IMG/VR virus record: IMGVR_UViG_3300011813_000035
Coordinates: 62,001 to 126,000 of that record
From: an uncultured virus (IMG/VR IMGVR_UViG_3300011813_000035)
Taxonomy: Duplodnaviria; Heunggongvirae; Uroviricota; Caudoviricetes
DNA: 64,000 bases
Reading direction: 5' to 3' (one strand)
Part shown: positions 39,265 to 50,688 of the stretch, piece after piece
Numbering within the stretch: the first letter of the stretch is position 1
How the letters are laid out: every line of letters starts with the position of its first letter
The notes under the pieces: model-generated
Told to the model about the DNA's origin: nothing
Seen by the model: only the letters and a program-made list of their open reading frames with translations
Databases searched by the model: none
Translations under genes and position numbers: made by a program

Positions 39265-42200
39265 ATGAATACAATTTACGATTTTATGTCCAACCACAAT
39301 CACTCCGAGGATTCTAATTTTCGATTAAAGGATTGTATTATCAGGGCAGAAGATATAGTAAATCGGGCAGTAGAACTAGGACACAAAGGTGTAAGCATTA
39401 CTGAACATGAAAGTGTTTCCTCTCATATTAGAATAATGCAGAGATTCCAAGAATTGAAACGTCTACAGATTAAATATAAGGAAATGAAAGACCAGAATGA
39501 TGAAAAAGCCATATCTGAAGACAAGGATATTCAAAAGAATCTGAAATATCTTGAGGTAATGGATTGTGATTTCAAGCTGGGATTAGGTAATGAGATTTAT
39601 CTTATCAATGATATGGCAGATGTAAAAGAGAACTATGAATCAGGTATTACAAAGTTTTGGCATTTCATCTTAATAGCAAAGAACGCAAAAGGATATGAGC
39701 AGATTAAGAAAATATCGTCTGAAAGTGCGTGGAAGAATTGGTACAGACAGGGGAAAATGGAACGTGTGCCTACCGTTAAGAGTGAGTTAGAAGAGATAAT
39801 TGGAGATGAGAAAGGTAATATCATTGCCACGACTGCCTGTTTAGGTGGTGAACTTCCTAATTATGTACTGTCGTTCTTTAGAGATGGTAATTTTACAGCT
39901 AAGAGAAAGATACATGAATTCATTACATGGGGAATCAATGTCTTTGGTAAAGAGAATTTCTTCTTAGAGTTACAACCAACATTGGAAATGCCTAAAGAAT
40001 CATTACGAGAAACACATCCTCAAATTATTGTGAACCAGAAGTTGATTATGTTATCTAAAGCATATGGAATTGATTATTCATTCGCTACGGATAGCCATTA
40101 TTTAAAAAAAGAACATAGACCAGTTCACGAAGCATATCTAAAAGCAGACGAAGATAACGTAAGTAATAGAGAATTAGGCGATTTCTACGCAACAACTTAT
40201 ATGATGGATGTACAGGAATTACATGATTTACTGAGTTCACATCTAACAGAAGAAGAAATTGCCACTGGCTTTGCCAACACGATGAAAATGCACCATATGA
40301 TAGAAACTTATGATCTTAGTCATTCGGTCATAGTTCCAAGTGACAAGACAATTCCAGATGTGGAATTGAAACATGCATTTAAAGAATTCTATCCTAAATA
40401 TAAGTACATAAAGAAGTTTGCAGAGAGCGGTGATAAGCAAGAAAAGTATCTGATGTACATGATTGAGCAGTCAATCGTTACAAGAAAACTTCAATATAGA
40501 GAAGCAGTTGTAGCCAGACTGGACGTTGAACTAGGTGAAGTATGGAATATTTCAGAGAAAATTGGTATGAGATTGGCTACATATTATGTCCTCGTACAAC
40601 GAATCATCAACGAAATTATGTGGAAAGTATCTTATGTAGGTGTAGCAAGAGGTTCAGTTACAGGATTTCTTATTGCATATGCAATAGGAATTACACAAAT
40701 GAATCCTATGAAATACGGTCTTCCACATTGGAGACACCTCTCAGCAGAAAGGCCGGAACTTCCTGATATTGATGTAGATTCAGAGTCAGCCAAGAGACAA
40801 GAGATATTTAGTCTGATGAAACAGTACTTTGGTATTGATAATGTCCTTAATACTTTAACGTTACGAACAGAAGGTACGAAGAGTTGTACATTGACAGCCT
40901 GTAAGGGTTGGGGATTAGACAATGACACCGCACAAGCAATTGCAGATATGATTCCATTTGAACGAGGATCTAACTGGACTTTAAAGGATTGCTTTGAAGG
41001 AAATATTGAAAAGAACAGACCACCAGTTACAGAGTTTAAAAATGCAGTTGAAAAATACGAAGGATTGAAAGAGGTAATGTTGATGATAGAAGGTCTTGTT
41101 TGTGGACGCTCCATTCATGCATCAGCAGTATACATCTTCGATAATGGGTATTTAGAGCACAACAGTAAGATGAAAGCCCCAAACGGTACAGACATTACAG
41201 CCTATAATATGCATGACAGCGATTTGTGTGGTGCGTTAAAATTTGACTGCTTAACTATTCTAGGGCTTGATAAAGAGCATAAAGCTGTTGATCTACTTAT
41301 TGAAAAAGGTGTTTTGGAAGACCAAGGAAGTATCAAAGCTACATATGATAAATACATTCATCCCGACGTACTTGATTATGATACAACAGAAATGTGGGAT
41401 ATGGTTGGAAATAATGAAATTATGGATGCATTTCAATTTGATACGCCTATGGGTTCTCAAGCAGCCAAGAAAGTTAAACCGCATACATTACCTGAGTTGG
41501 CAACAGCAAATTCACTTATGAGACTTATGCCAGAACAAGGTGAGGAATCCCCTATTGATACTTACATTAAATATAAGGCGGATATAAATCTTTGGTATAG
41601 GGAAATGAGAGATTATGGATTAACAGAAGAAGAGATAAAAACACTTGAGCCACACTTGTTACTTGTATACGGAGTAGCTGAGACACAGGAAGTTGTCATG
41701 AAATTGTCTATGGACGAGAATATTGCAAACTTTACGGTTGCAGAAGCTAATATGATTAGAAAATCAATCGCCAAAAAGAAAGCTGACGTACTTGAAAAAG
41801 CAAGACTATTATTCTTCAAGAAGGGAGAAGAAATAGGTACAAGTAAAAAAATGCTTGAATATGTGTGGTATGTACAGTTTAAAAAGAGCTTTGGTTATTC
41901 ATTCTCACAGAATCATACGTTCCCTTACTCGGCAATTTGTTTACAGGAAATGAATCTTGCATATCACTATAACAAAATATTTTGGAATACGGCTTGTTTA
42001 ACAATTAATGCCGGTGCAGATGAAAACAATGAGAATAATAAATCTACAAACTATGGCAAAATTGCAAAGGCAATAAGCGAAATACAAAATAGAGGACAGA
42101 AAATAGAGTTACCTAATATCAACAAAGCGAAATTCGGATTTGAACCAGACGTAGAGGAGGATGAAATTGTCTTTGGGTTAATGGGAATATGTGGAGTTGG

Positions 42201-43338
42201 TGAAGATATTGTGAGAGCAATTATTAAGAATCAACCATACGAAAGCTTGGATGACTTTTTGAAAAAGATGAATGCATACAAAAACGAGGATAAGGATAAT
42301 AAGTTCGGTGATAAGGCAGTAATTACTCTGATTAAAGCTGGCTGCTTCGACAGATTAGAGAAGAAAGATAGAGTGGAGATAATGAAAGGTTATATCAAAA
42401 AGATTTCCAATCCACTTTCAAATCTACAGATGGATAGCATTCAGACATTACATGATATTGGAATGCTCACAGAAAAACAAGAGAAGTATGAATATAGACT
42501 CTACAAATTCAGAAAGTATATCTTCTTAAATCGATTTCTCGCTGAAAAAAGAGGTAAATCACCTAATACATATTTTTATAGACTGGATAGACAGTTTTCA
42601 GAACCATTTTTCTTTGAGCATTTTGAAACAAATATGCAGGAAAACAAGGATTACGAGTATGATGAGGAGGGTTTCATATTAGTAAAACGTGGAAGTATAG
42701 ACAGAGAATACGATAAATTGATGGCAGATTTCAAATCAAAGGTACTTAGCAACAAAGAGTTCCTAGAAGTTGTGAATAAGAATCGATTTGAAAGTACATG
42801 GACTGATAAGGCAGAAGGAACGATTTCTAAATGGGAGATGGACTCGTTAAGTTTCTATTACCATGAACACGAATTAGCACACGTAAATAAGCAAGAATAT
42901 ATGATTTCAGATTTTGATTCACTTCCAGAAGTGCCAAAAGTGTCTGAATATTATGTTTGGAGAGGAAAAGAACGTCCTCGGTTTATACTTACAAGAATCT
43001 GTGGAACCGTTCTCGATAAAGATAAAAACAAACATAGCATTACGTTATTAACTCCTAATGGTGTTGTTACAGTAAAATTCTATAAAGGTCAGTTTGGATT
43101 TTATGATAAACAGATTTCGGAAATGGATGAAGAAAGTAATAAAAAGATAGTTTTAGAAAAGTCTTGGTTTGGAAGAGGGAATAAGTTATTAGTGACAGGA
43201 TACAGACGTAATGACCAATTTGTTCCCAAGAAATATATGGACTCCGCTTACAGGCACACGTTGCAGCTTATTACGGAGATAGATGAACAAGGCAATTTAA
43301 AATTGCAGTCGGAAAGGATTGGTGTAGAAGACGAATAA
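39265..43338 (+). CDS. dnaE: DNA polymerase III alpha subunit
   Basis: PHP domain (HNHSE, DSHY), ARGS, PDIDVD, KFDCL, YSFSQNH. Confidence 0.95.
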   Translation: MNTIYDFMSNHNHSEDSNFRLKDCIIRAEDIVNRAVELGHKGVSITEHESVSSHIRIMQRFQELKRLQIKYKEMKDQNDEKAISEDKDIQKNLKYLEVMDCDFKLGLGNEIYLINDMADVKENYESGITKFWHFILIAKNAKGYEQIKKISSESAWKNWYRQGKMERVPTVKSELEEIIGDEKGNIIATTACLGGELPNYVLSFFRDGNFTAKRKIHEFITWGINVFGKENFFLELQPTLEMPKESLRETHPQIIVNQKLIMLSKAYGIDYSFATDSHYLKKEHRPVHEAYLKADEDNVSNRELGDFYATTYMMDVQELHDLLSSHLTEEEIATGFANTMKMHHMIETYDLSHSVIVPSDKTIPDVELKHAFKEFYPKYKYIKKFAESGDKQEKYLMYMIEQSIVTRKLQYREAVVARLDVELGEVWNISEKIGMRLATYYVLVQRIINEIMWKVSYVGVARGSVTGFLIAYAIGITQMNPMKYGLPHWRHLSAERPELPDIDVDSESAKRQEIFSLMKQYFGIDNVLNTLTLRTEGTKSCTLTACKGWGLDNDTAQAIADMIPFERGSNWTLKDCFEGNIEKNRPPVTEFKNAVEKYEGLKEVMLMIEGLVCGRSIHASAVYIFDNGYLEHNSKMKAPNGTDITAYNMHDSDLCGALKFDCLTILGLDKEHKAVDLLIEKGVLEDQGSIKATYDKYIHPDVLDYDTTEMWDMVGNNEIMDAFQFDTPMGSQAAKKVKPHTLPELATANSLMRLMPEQGEESPIDTYIKYKADINLWYREMRDYGLTEEEIKTLEPHLLLVYGVAETQEVVMKLSMDENIANFTVAEANMIRKSIAKKKADVLEKARLLFFKKGEEIGTSKKMLEYVWYVQFKKSFGYSFSQNHTFPYSAICLQEMNLAYHYNKIFWNTACLTINAGADENNENNKSTNYGKIAKAISEIQNRGQKIELPNINKAKFGFEPDVEEDEIVFGLMGICGVGEDIVRAIIKNQPYESLDDFLKKMNAYKNEDKDNKFGDKAVITLIKAGCFDRLEKKDRVEIMKGYIKKISNPLSNLQMDSIQTLHDIGMLTEKQEKYEYRLYKFRKYIFLNRFLAEKRGKSPNTYFYRLDRQFSEPFFFEHFETNMQENKDYEYDEEGFILVKRGSIDREYDKLMADFKSKVLSNKEFLEVVNKNRFESTWTDKAEGTISKWEMDSLSFYYHEHELAHVNKQEYMISDFDSLPEVPKVSEYYVWRGKERPRFILTRICGTVLDKDKNKHSITLLTPNGVVTVKFYKGQFGFYDKQISEMDEESNKKIVLEKSWFGRGNKLLVTGYRRNDQFVPKKYMDSAYRHTLQLITEIDEQGNLKLQSERIGVEDE

Positions 43339-45667
43339 AATTATTAAAATTGAAGGGAAATTAAATCGTGTCTTATTTCCTAAATACCCGACCGTACTTG
43401 GTAAAGGTGAAGACACCTTTGGAATAGTAAGTTGGTATCCAATGTTGGTTCTCGAAGGAGAGCCAGCTACGGATAATTGGGGTGGATTGGTTATTAAAGG
43501 TACATATGAAGAAGAAATTAATCCAGCCAATGATTATACCATCATAGCAAAAGAGGTAGAAGACGAAAAGCGCGGTAAACAGTATGAGTTAATGTTCATC
43601 GGACAGCTAATCAACTTATCTACTGTAAACAATCAGAAAGCATTCTTGAAAACATTTCTTACTGATTTACAGATCTTAGAGATGTTCAAAGTGTTAGAAA
43701 ATCCACTAAAAGTAATCGAAGACCATGATACTGGTAGTCTGAAAAAGGTAAATGGCGTTGGTGATTTTATCGCAAACTGTATTATTGATAGATTTGAAGA
43801 TAACAAAGACAACTGTGAAGTTTATTTGGAACTAGATGAATATGGTTTAACGCCTAAATTCATACAGAAACTAATCAAGAAATATAAGAATCCACATACC
43901 GTTATCGAAATTATAAAGACAAATCCATATAAATTAAGCTTCGATATTGATGGTATTGGGTTTAAAACAGCAGATGCTATCGCATTAAAGAGCGGAATTA
44001 ATGAGACATCACCTGAAAGAATCAAGGGGTATATCCATTTTATTCTCAATGATTTAGGTCAAAGTGGCAATTCCTATATTACATCGGGTGAACTGACGGG
44101 ATACATTTTTGATGAATTTGGCGGTAAAGAGAACATTTTAGAAGTATATACAGACGAAGAAGGAAATATAACAGGAAATAATATTGGTCAAGCTATTGAA
44201 GAACTCACAGAAAAAGAAATTATTGTTCTTGAAGATTCAGAGAATAAGGCTAACAGAAAAGTATACCTCAAGAAGTATTACGATTTAGAGAACGAGATAT
44301 GTAAGCACTTAAGGCGAATTGCTTCAGCAAAGAATGATTTTGAATATAATAATTGGGAGGAAATAGTTGCTACACAAGAGCAAAAGCAAGGCTGGAAGTT
44401 CACAGATGAGCAGAAAAACGGCATCAAATTAGGACTTGATAATCAAATATGCTTCATAACTGGAGGTGCCGGTACAGGTAAATCGTCTTTAGTGTCTGGT
44501 ATATTGGAATCACTAAAGAAATATTCCTTTGCTCAGACAGCTTTAGCGGGCAAAGCAAGCGCAAGATTGCAAGAAGTTACTGGTAAAGAGGGATATACAA
44601 TCCACAGATTATTGGGATTTCTGCCACCAAACGGATTCAATTTCAATGAAGAAAATCCATTAGAATATGACATCATCGTATTAGATGAGATTTCATTAGT
44701 AGGTGGAGAGATATTCTTATCATTGATTAAAGCAATTCCAGATGGTTGCAAACTGATTATTCTTGGTGATATGGGGCAGTTAGAGTCAATCGGATGTATG
44801 AATCTTGCTCATGATATTTACAATAGCGACTATATTACAACGATTGAACTTACAAAAATTCATAGACAGGCGCAAAAGTCCGGTATTATCACAGCTTCAC
44901 AATCAATAAGAAATGGTGAACCTATCTTTGATAAGAAGTTTGTCGGATTTGAAACGATGGGTGAATTACAAGATATGCATTTTGATATTGTAGATACGAG
45001 TTCTGAAACAAGGGAAATGGCAGTGAAACATTTCATAGAGAAATACAACAGTTGCATTGTAAAGAAAGAAATTATGGATATACAGATTCTTGCAACTTGT
45101 AAAGAGAGAGGAAATTCAAGCGTATTCAATCTGAATCAAGACATACAAAAGTATTTGAATCCGCAAGAAGCGTTTAAACAAGAGATTGAGGTACAACTTA
45201 GTAAAGATAAACAGTTCTTCTTGCGTGAGGGCGATAAGGTAATGTGTATCAAGAACAATTATAAGCTCTTTAATATAGAAGGAATTAAGACTCCAGTGTT
45301 CAATGGGTGGGTAGGAATCCTCAAAACAATTAATGTGTATACGAATATGGTCGAGATTTTCTTCCCTATTATAAATGATACAGTTTGTTTTACAATTACA
45401 GAAGTAAGTTCAAGTGTAATTCTTGGATATGCATCAACGACACATAAATACCAGGGATCATCTGCTAAATGTATTATCGGGGTGTTAGACAGTTCGGTTC
45501 CGCCAGATATGCTTACTAAAGAATTGCTATACACGATGATTACAAGAGCAGAAGATGAATGTACCATCGTGGCACAGAATGCAGCTTTATATAAAGCAGT
45601 ATTGCAAAGTGGTATCAGCGATAAAAATACCTTCTTAACTGAATTGTTAGATAAGAAGATAGCATAA
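43331..45667 (+). CDS. recD2: RecD2-like SF1B helicase (frame open from 43328; probable non-canonical start; ORF track starts at 43442)
   Basis: GIGFKTAD, GGAGTGKS, TIHRLL, DE.S, GD..QL, HKYQGS, LYT.ITRA. Confidence 0.9.
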   Translation, partial: TNKIIKIEGKLNRVLFPKYPTVLGKGEDTFGIVSWYPMLVLEGEPATDNWGGLVIKGTYEEEINPANDYTIIAKEVEDEKRGKQYELMFIGQLINLSTVNNQKAFLKTFLTDLQILEMFKVLENPLKVIEDHDTGSLKKVNGVGDFIANCIIDRFEDNKDNCEVYLELDEYGLTPKFIQKLIKKYKNPHTVIEIIKTNPYKLSFDIDGIGFKTADAIALKSGINETSPERIKGYIHFILNDLGQSGNSYITSGELTGYIFDEFGGKENILEVYTDEEGNITGNNIGQAIEELTEKEIIVLEDSENKANRKVYLKKYYDLENEICKHLRRIASAKNDFEYNNWEEIVATQEQKQGWKFTDEQKNGIKLGLDNQICFITGGAGTGKSSLVSGILESLKKYSFAQTALAGKASARLQEVTGKEGYTIHRLLGFLPPNGFNFNEENPLEYDIIVLDEISLVGGEIFLSLIKAIPDGCKLIILGDMGQLESIGCMNLAHDIYNSDYITTIELTKIHRQAQKSGIITASQSIRNGEPIFDKKFVGFETMGELQDMHFDIVDTSSETREMAVKHFIEKYNSCIVKKEIMDIQILATCKERGNSSVFNLNQDIQKYLNPQEAFKQEIEVQLSKDKQFFLREGDKVMCIKNNYKLFNIEGIKTPVFNGWVGILKTINVYTNMVEIFFPIINDTVCFTITEVSSSVILGYASTTHKYQGSSAKCIIGVLDSSVPPDMLTKELLYTMITRAEDECTIVAQNAALYKAVLQSGISDKNTFLTELLDKKIA

Positions 45668-45728
45668 AAGACAGATAGAACAGTGGTTTCATAGAAAAAA
45701 CCTATGAGATAGTCATAGAGTTTAATAA

Positions 45729-46706
45729 CTAACCTATATCTGTCATTCGTTTTGCTTCTAACATAGCATAAAAAGAAAAACCTGATTTTGAGGTCTGTGT
45801 TATCTGACCCATTTCTGCTGAATTGACTTTTTCCATCAGCCCGAAACTAATAAGGATGGGGCAGACATCAAATAATAGGAATTGTGAAAATTCTTTCATG
45901 CTACCTTCCATGCTGATTTTATTAGTTAGTCCAGAGCAAAAAACTTTAAAATTTAGAATAAACAATATGAGAGCAGTAAAAGTTCGATCCGCATCTGACT
46001 CAAGAAACTTTTTAGAAACTAGAATTCTCTTTTTACTTAGAATTTTAACTAATTCGTCATAAGAATAATTCCCTATTTGTTCTTTGCTTATTGTATGAAT
46101 TTGTTCCCTTAATTTAATGGCTTCTTCCTTCAAAGAAAGGTTTTCTTTTAAGAGAGTTTCGTTGATTGATAATAATTTAGCCGTATCATTTTCTTGGGTG
46201 TTGCGAATCCAACCCAGCAAATCATTTTTATCTGCAATATCATTTAGTTGAGAATGAACTATAGTAGAAATTTGATCAATGTTTTTTACAAACTTAACAA
46301 TATTAGATTTAACAATAGTGACGAATGAAATGTATTTATCTGTATTGTATTTTTCGAAAATACTCTCCTTATCTATTTGAATAGCTTTAGTGTAAAGATA
46401 ATTATCTTCTAGTATAACAGCAAAGGTGGGCATTTTTTTAGATAGAGCGTATTCGTATTCCAAATGAGTATAACTTTTACCGGATTCTTCATCAATAGAA
46501 CCATAACGCCCACCCACAATAAGCATGTATACATCGGAGTCGTCAATCCATTTTTTAATTGTTTTCATTTGTGATTCACCAGCCTTAAATAATTCCATAC
46601 CGGCTGGAATGTGACCAGCATCAAGAATAGCTTCGACGGCAGCCTGACGCTCTTCAATAAGATCCGTATATGTAGATGAAACGAAAACCTGCAATTTCTT
46701 ATTCAT
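45729..46706 (-). CDS. DUF4062-domain protein (inverted moron; candidate defence gene)
   Basis: 'VFVSSTYTDL..ER...GME...GGRYGS...SYTHLEY' signature; own promoter and terminator. Confidence 0.85.
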   Translation of the reverse strand: MNKKLQVFVSSTYTDLIEERQAAVEAILDAGHIPAGMELFKAGESQMKTIKKWIDDSDVYMLIVGGRYGSIDEESGKSYTHLEYEYALSKKMPTFAVILEDNYLYTKAIQIDKESIFEKYNTDKYISFVTIVKSNIVKFVKNIDQISTIVHSQLNDIADKNDLLGWIRNTQENDTAKLLSINETLLKENLSLKEEAIKLREQIHTISKEQIGNYSYDELVKILSKKRILVSKKFLESDADRTFTALILFILNFKVFCSGLTNKISMEGSMKEFSQFLLFDVCPILISFGLMEKVNSAEMGQITQTSKSGFSFYAMLEAKRMTDIG

Positions 46707-46802
46707 AGCTAGCAGCACCCCATAATTTTTTTATTATTATAGCACAGAAAGGTGTAAATATAAATAGATGTAATAAAATGAAAGCCCGATTTCTTCGGGA
46801 GA

Positions 46803-47030
46803 ATGGAGAATATGATAGAGGATTATTATTTAAGTAAAATGAAGGAACTCGATGCAGACGGAATTGATTTTATACCTATCTCCAACGCACTTTCAAACAG
46901 GGATTATCAATTTTGTAAAGTTATCGCTTCCTATACTAAAGAGGAATGGATCAAAGGGGTAGGGGCAATACCTAAAACGCCATATCTGTTTTGGAAAGTG
47001 GTTAACGGTAAGAAAGAATATTTAAGATGA
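46803..47030 (+). CDS. Hypothetical protein
   Basis: Bounded by palindromes at 46779 and 47028. Confidence 0.55.
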   Translation: MENMIEDYYLSKMKELDADGIDFIPISNALSNRDYQFCKVIASYTKEEWIKGVGAIPKTPYLFWKVVNGKKEYLR

Positions 47031-47056
47031 ATCGAGTAGTTTAAAGGAGAATTTGA

Positions 47057-49009
47057 TTGAATAAAATAGATAGAATTAGAGAATTAGTAGATGAACTTAA
47101 TAAGGCTGCAAATGCTTATTACAAGCACGATAGCCCCATTATGACAGACAAACAGTATGATGATTTATATGATGAATTGTCCATACTTGAAAACGAGACA
47201 GGATACATATTAATAGGATCTCCAACGCAGGAAGTTCAAGGAGAAGTAGTTAATTTTCTTGAAAAGGTGGAACATAAATATCCAATGCTTTCCTCCAACA
47301 AAACAAAGGAATTGGCTGTGGTTCGCAAATTTATGGGGGATAAAGATGTAATTCAATCATGGAAGCTTGATGGGCTGACTGTAGTAGCGGATTACAGAAA
47401 GGGGGTACTTTACAGGGCTGTTACTAGAGGAGATGGTACAATCGGTGAAGACGTTACTCATGCATTCAAACATTGTAATAATCTCCCGACGAAACTGAGA
47501 ATTCCAGTAGATATTACATTTAGAGGTGAGTGTGTAATTCCTTGGGATACGTTTAAAAGAATTAATTCCGAGTTGGAGGAACCATATTCACATCCACGAA
47601 ATCTTGCAGCGGGCACACTTAGACAATTAGATGCCAATATTGCGATTGAACGAAAATTGGAATACTACGTTTTCGATATTATTGAAGGTTTCGACAGTGG
47701 AAATCTAATTGGTGACTTTGCTTATGCTTCGGGTTTGAATATGCCAGTTGTAGAGAATTGTATGATTAAAGATTTAGTAGGAGATTTCACCAAATTCAAT
47801 CCAGAGAACTTCAGGCTTCCAGTTGACGGATTGATTTATCGCTACGATGATACGAAATATGGAAAATCTCTTGGATACACATCACATCACCCACTCGATA
47901 TGTTGGCTTTAAAATGGCAGGATCAGCTATATGAGACTACGTTAGTAGATATCGAGTGGAACACGTCTAAGACAGGCTTAATAAATCCCGTTGCTATTTT
48001 TAACCCGGTAGACCTTGATGGAGCTATTACCACAAGAGCCACATTACACAACATATCTTATATAGAAGATTTGAAACTTGGTATTGGTGATTCAATTATG
48101 GTTTATCGAGCAAATATGGTCATTCCTAAAGTTCATGAAAATCTAACTAAGAGTAATACATGGAAACTTCCAGATAAATGTCCGTGTTGTGGCGGAAAGG
48201 TAAAAATTCACAACGAAAATGGCAGTAAAACACTTCACTGTTGCAATGAGGGTTGCCTGGCAAAATTGTTATCAAGGCTTACCCATTATGTCAGCAAGAA
48301 CGCTTTGAACATTGATGGATTTTCTGAAGCTACAATCGACAAGTTTATGGAATTAGGTTGGCTGACAAGTCTATCTGATATCTATACTCTTCAAGAACGC
48401 AGAAATGAGATGATGGTTCTTGATGGTTTTGGAAAGAAGTCGGCGGAGAAATTATTGGGTGCCATTGAAAAATCAAAGACAACAACTCTGGAAAGATATT
48501 TATATGGACTCTCTATTCCTCTGATTGGCAGAACTGCAAGTAAGACTATTAGTAAATATTTTAAGGGTGACTATGCAAAATTTATTGAATCATTGGAAGA
48601 CTACTTTGATTTTAGCCGGTTAGATGATTTTGGTAGTACCATGAACAAAAGTATTGGGGATTGGTACAGAAAATATAGCGATACAGAAGATGCTTACATT
48701 CCTATGTTGTTGAATTTTGATATTTCAAAGGTGGAATCAGTCACCGATAATACGATTAATTTAAGAGGGAAAGTATTTGTAGTCACCGGAAGCTTGGAAC
48801 ATTATTCAAATAGAAATGAGCTTGTGGCAGAGATTGAAAGTCTGGGCGGTAAAGTATCCGGATCTGTGAGTGTCAAAACAAGTTATCTTATAAACAATGA
48901 TGGTTTAAGCAACTCATCAAAGAATAAGAAGGCGAAAGAACTAAATGTGCCTATTATCACCGAAGAAGATTTTCTTCAATTAATCGGCAAGCAAAAAGAG
49001 AATTATTAA
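47057..49009 (+). CDS. ligA: NAD-dependent DNA ligase
   Basis: KLDG, TRGDG, RNLAAG, zinc finger, HhH, BRCT. Confidence 0.95.
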   Translation: MNKIDRIRELVDELNKAANAYYKHDSPIMTDKQYDDLYDELSILENETGYILIGSPTQEVQGEVVNFLEKVEHKYPMLSSNKTKELAVVRKFMGDKDVIQSWKLDGLTVVADYRKGVLYRAVTRGDGTIGEDVTHAFKHCNNLPTKLRIPVDITFRGECVIPWDTFKRINSELEEPYSHPRNLAAGTLRQLDANIAIERKLEYYVFDIIEGFDSGNLIGDFAYASGLNMPVVENCMIKDLVGDFTKFNPENFRLPVDGLIYRYDDTKYGKSLGYTSHHPLDMLALKWQDQLYETTLVDIEWNTSKTGLINPVAIFNPVDLDGAITTRATLHNISYIEDLKLGIGDSIMVYRANMVIPKVHENLTKSNTWKLPDKCPCCGGKVKIHNENGSKTLHCCNEGCLAKLLSRLTHYVSKNALNIDGFSEATIDKFMELGWLTSLSDIYTLQERRNEMMVLDGFGKKSAEKLLGAIEKSKTTTLERYLYGLSIPLIGRTASKTISKYFKGDYAKFIESLEDYFDFSRLDDFGSTMNKSIGDWYRKYSDTEDAYIPMLLNFDISKVESVTDNTINLRGKVFVVTGSLEHYSNRNELVAEIESLGGKVSGSVSVKTSYLINNDGLSNSSKNKKAKELNVPIITEEDFLQLIGKQKENY

Positions 49010-49033
49010 ATAGGTAAGGAAATACGAGTTTCA

Positions 49034-49441
49034 TTGGAAGAGAGGGTCTATATGTTGGAAAGAAAAGAGCTATATTCTATTGACGAAATTAAAAAAATAA
49101 CAAAGGATGTTTTATTTGAGAGAGATAAAAAGAATGCAAAAATAATTCTTGATGGAGACGTAATCAATGGAAATAGTCAAAGATACCAAACCTTCCTTTC
49201 AAAAGGGTGCTCGTGTGTAAAGTGTGGGATCGAAGGAAAATATTTTGCAAAAGAAAGAACTAAAGATAGTAGAGACTCGTTTCACCTGAATTTATATGCA
49301 GTTGACAAAAATGGTAATGAGGTACTTATGACAAAAGACCATATTGTTCCAAAATCGAGAGGGGGTAAAAACTATATAGACAATTATCAAACCATGTGTA
49401 CTATATGTAATTACGAAAAAGGAAATCAGGAAATCAATTAG
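49034..49441 (+). CDS. HNH endonuclease
   Basis: CxxC...DHIVPKSRGG.N...N....C..CN..K. Confidence 0.85.
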   Translation: MEERVYMLERKELYSIDEIKKITKDVLFERDKKNAKIILDGDVINGNSQRYQTFLSKGCSCVKCGIEGKYFAKERTKDSRDSFHLNLYAVDKNGNEVLMTKDHIVPKSRGGKNYIDNYQTMCTICNYEKGNQEIN

Positions 49442-49508
49442 AAAATAAGAAAGGATAATTCAAAAGTTCCTATAGGATAAAGGTGCACCTGCTTATGACG
49501 GTAAGCAA

Positions 49509-50678
49509 ATGGAACAGAATGAAAGAGCATTGGCTCATATTGAAAAAATCGAATGGGTAAAACCAATTGAAGGAGCAGACAATATTGAACTCATAGGAGT
49601 TCTTGGATGGGTTTGCGTAGCTAAGAAAGAAGAATTTAAGACAGGCGATAAAGCAGTATATATTGAAATTGATAGCAAATGTCCTGAATCTGATGAACGC
49701 TTTTCTTTTTTGGAAGCAAAACACTATAAAATCAAGACAATGAAATTAGGAAAGTTCAAGGTTATTAGCCAAGGATTAGCCTTGCCCATCACAATATTCC
49801 CTGAGTTAAATGATAAGTCTATAGGTTCAGATGTTACAGGAGATTTGAAAATTACATATTCATCTGAAGAAGATATTAAAAGAAAGTCTGGTAAGGTAGA
49901 TCCGGAAGCAAAATATAAAGCCATGGTAAACAGAAAACCTAATTTATTTAAACATCCGATTCTCAGAAGAATCATGAGATACAAAATTGGACGTAGGTTC
50001 ATGTTTTTGTTATTTGGTAAAAAGAAGGATAGTCCGAGAGAATTTCCCAAATGGATAATTAAGACTGATGAAACAAGAATCGAAAATGCTCCATTTTATT
50101 TAAAGAGCACAGATAAATTCATAAAGACAGAAAAGCTAGATGGTACCAGTTGTACATATGCCGTAGACAGATTAAAAAAGAGTAAGAATAAATTTGATTT
50201 CATTGTTTGTAGTCGTAATGTAAGACAAGCCGATAAGGATCAGACCTGTTATCATGAGTCAAATATTTATTGGGAATTAGCAGAAAAATATGATCTAAAG
50301 AATATTCTTACAAATTTCGCTTCAACCAACGGTTATGGCAAAGTAGTGTTACAAGGCGAGGGAGTTGGCTTCGTGCAAGGTAATCCATATAAGCTGAAAG
50401 AGAATAATCTATATGTGTTTAATCTAATTGCGGATGGTAAACGTTTCGGAACGATAGAAATGGCTGATTTTTGTAAGCAGAACGAACTAAACCATATCCC
50501 TATTATTGATAAAGAATATACGTTTCCTAAAACAATGGAAGAGATGAAGTTAGAAGCCGATGGACACAGTGAGATTAATTCAAAAGTAAAGCGAGAAGGA
50601 TTTGTGTATAGAAGTATTGATGGACAGCAGAGCTTCAAAAATGTTTCAAGAGAATACTTATTGAAACATAATGGATAG
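49509..50678 (+). CDS. ATP-dependent RNA ligase (DRB0094-like)
   Basis: 'PIEGADNIE' N-terminus, EKLDGT, REGFV, SFK. Confidence 0.85.
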   Translation: MEQNERALAHIEKIEWVKPIEGADNIELIGVLGWVCVAKKEEFKTGDKAVYIEIDSKCPESDERFSFLEAKHYKIKTMKLGKFKVISQGLALPITIFPELNDKSIGSDVTGDLKITYSSEEDIKRKSGKVDPEAKYKAMVNRKPNLFKHPILRRIMRYKIGRRFMFLLFGKKKDSPREFPKWIIKTDETRIENAPFYLKSTDKFIKTEKLDGTSCTYAVDRLKKSKNKFDFIVCSRNVRQADKDQTCYHESNIYWELAEKYDLKNILTNFASTNGYGKVVLQGEGVGFVQGNPYKLKENNLYVFNLIADGKRFGTIEMADFCKQNELNHIPIIDKEYTFPKTMEEMKLEADGHSEINSKVKREGFVYRSIDGQQSFKNVSREYLLKHNG

Positions 50679-50688
50679 GGGTGATTAA

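Noticed and set aside
34651..49009. Inteins or introns in dnaB, dnaE, recD2 or ligA
   Set aside because: Frames are continuous, sizes are ordinary and no intein splice-junction or LAGLIDADG motifs were seen
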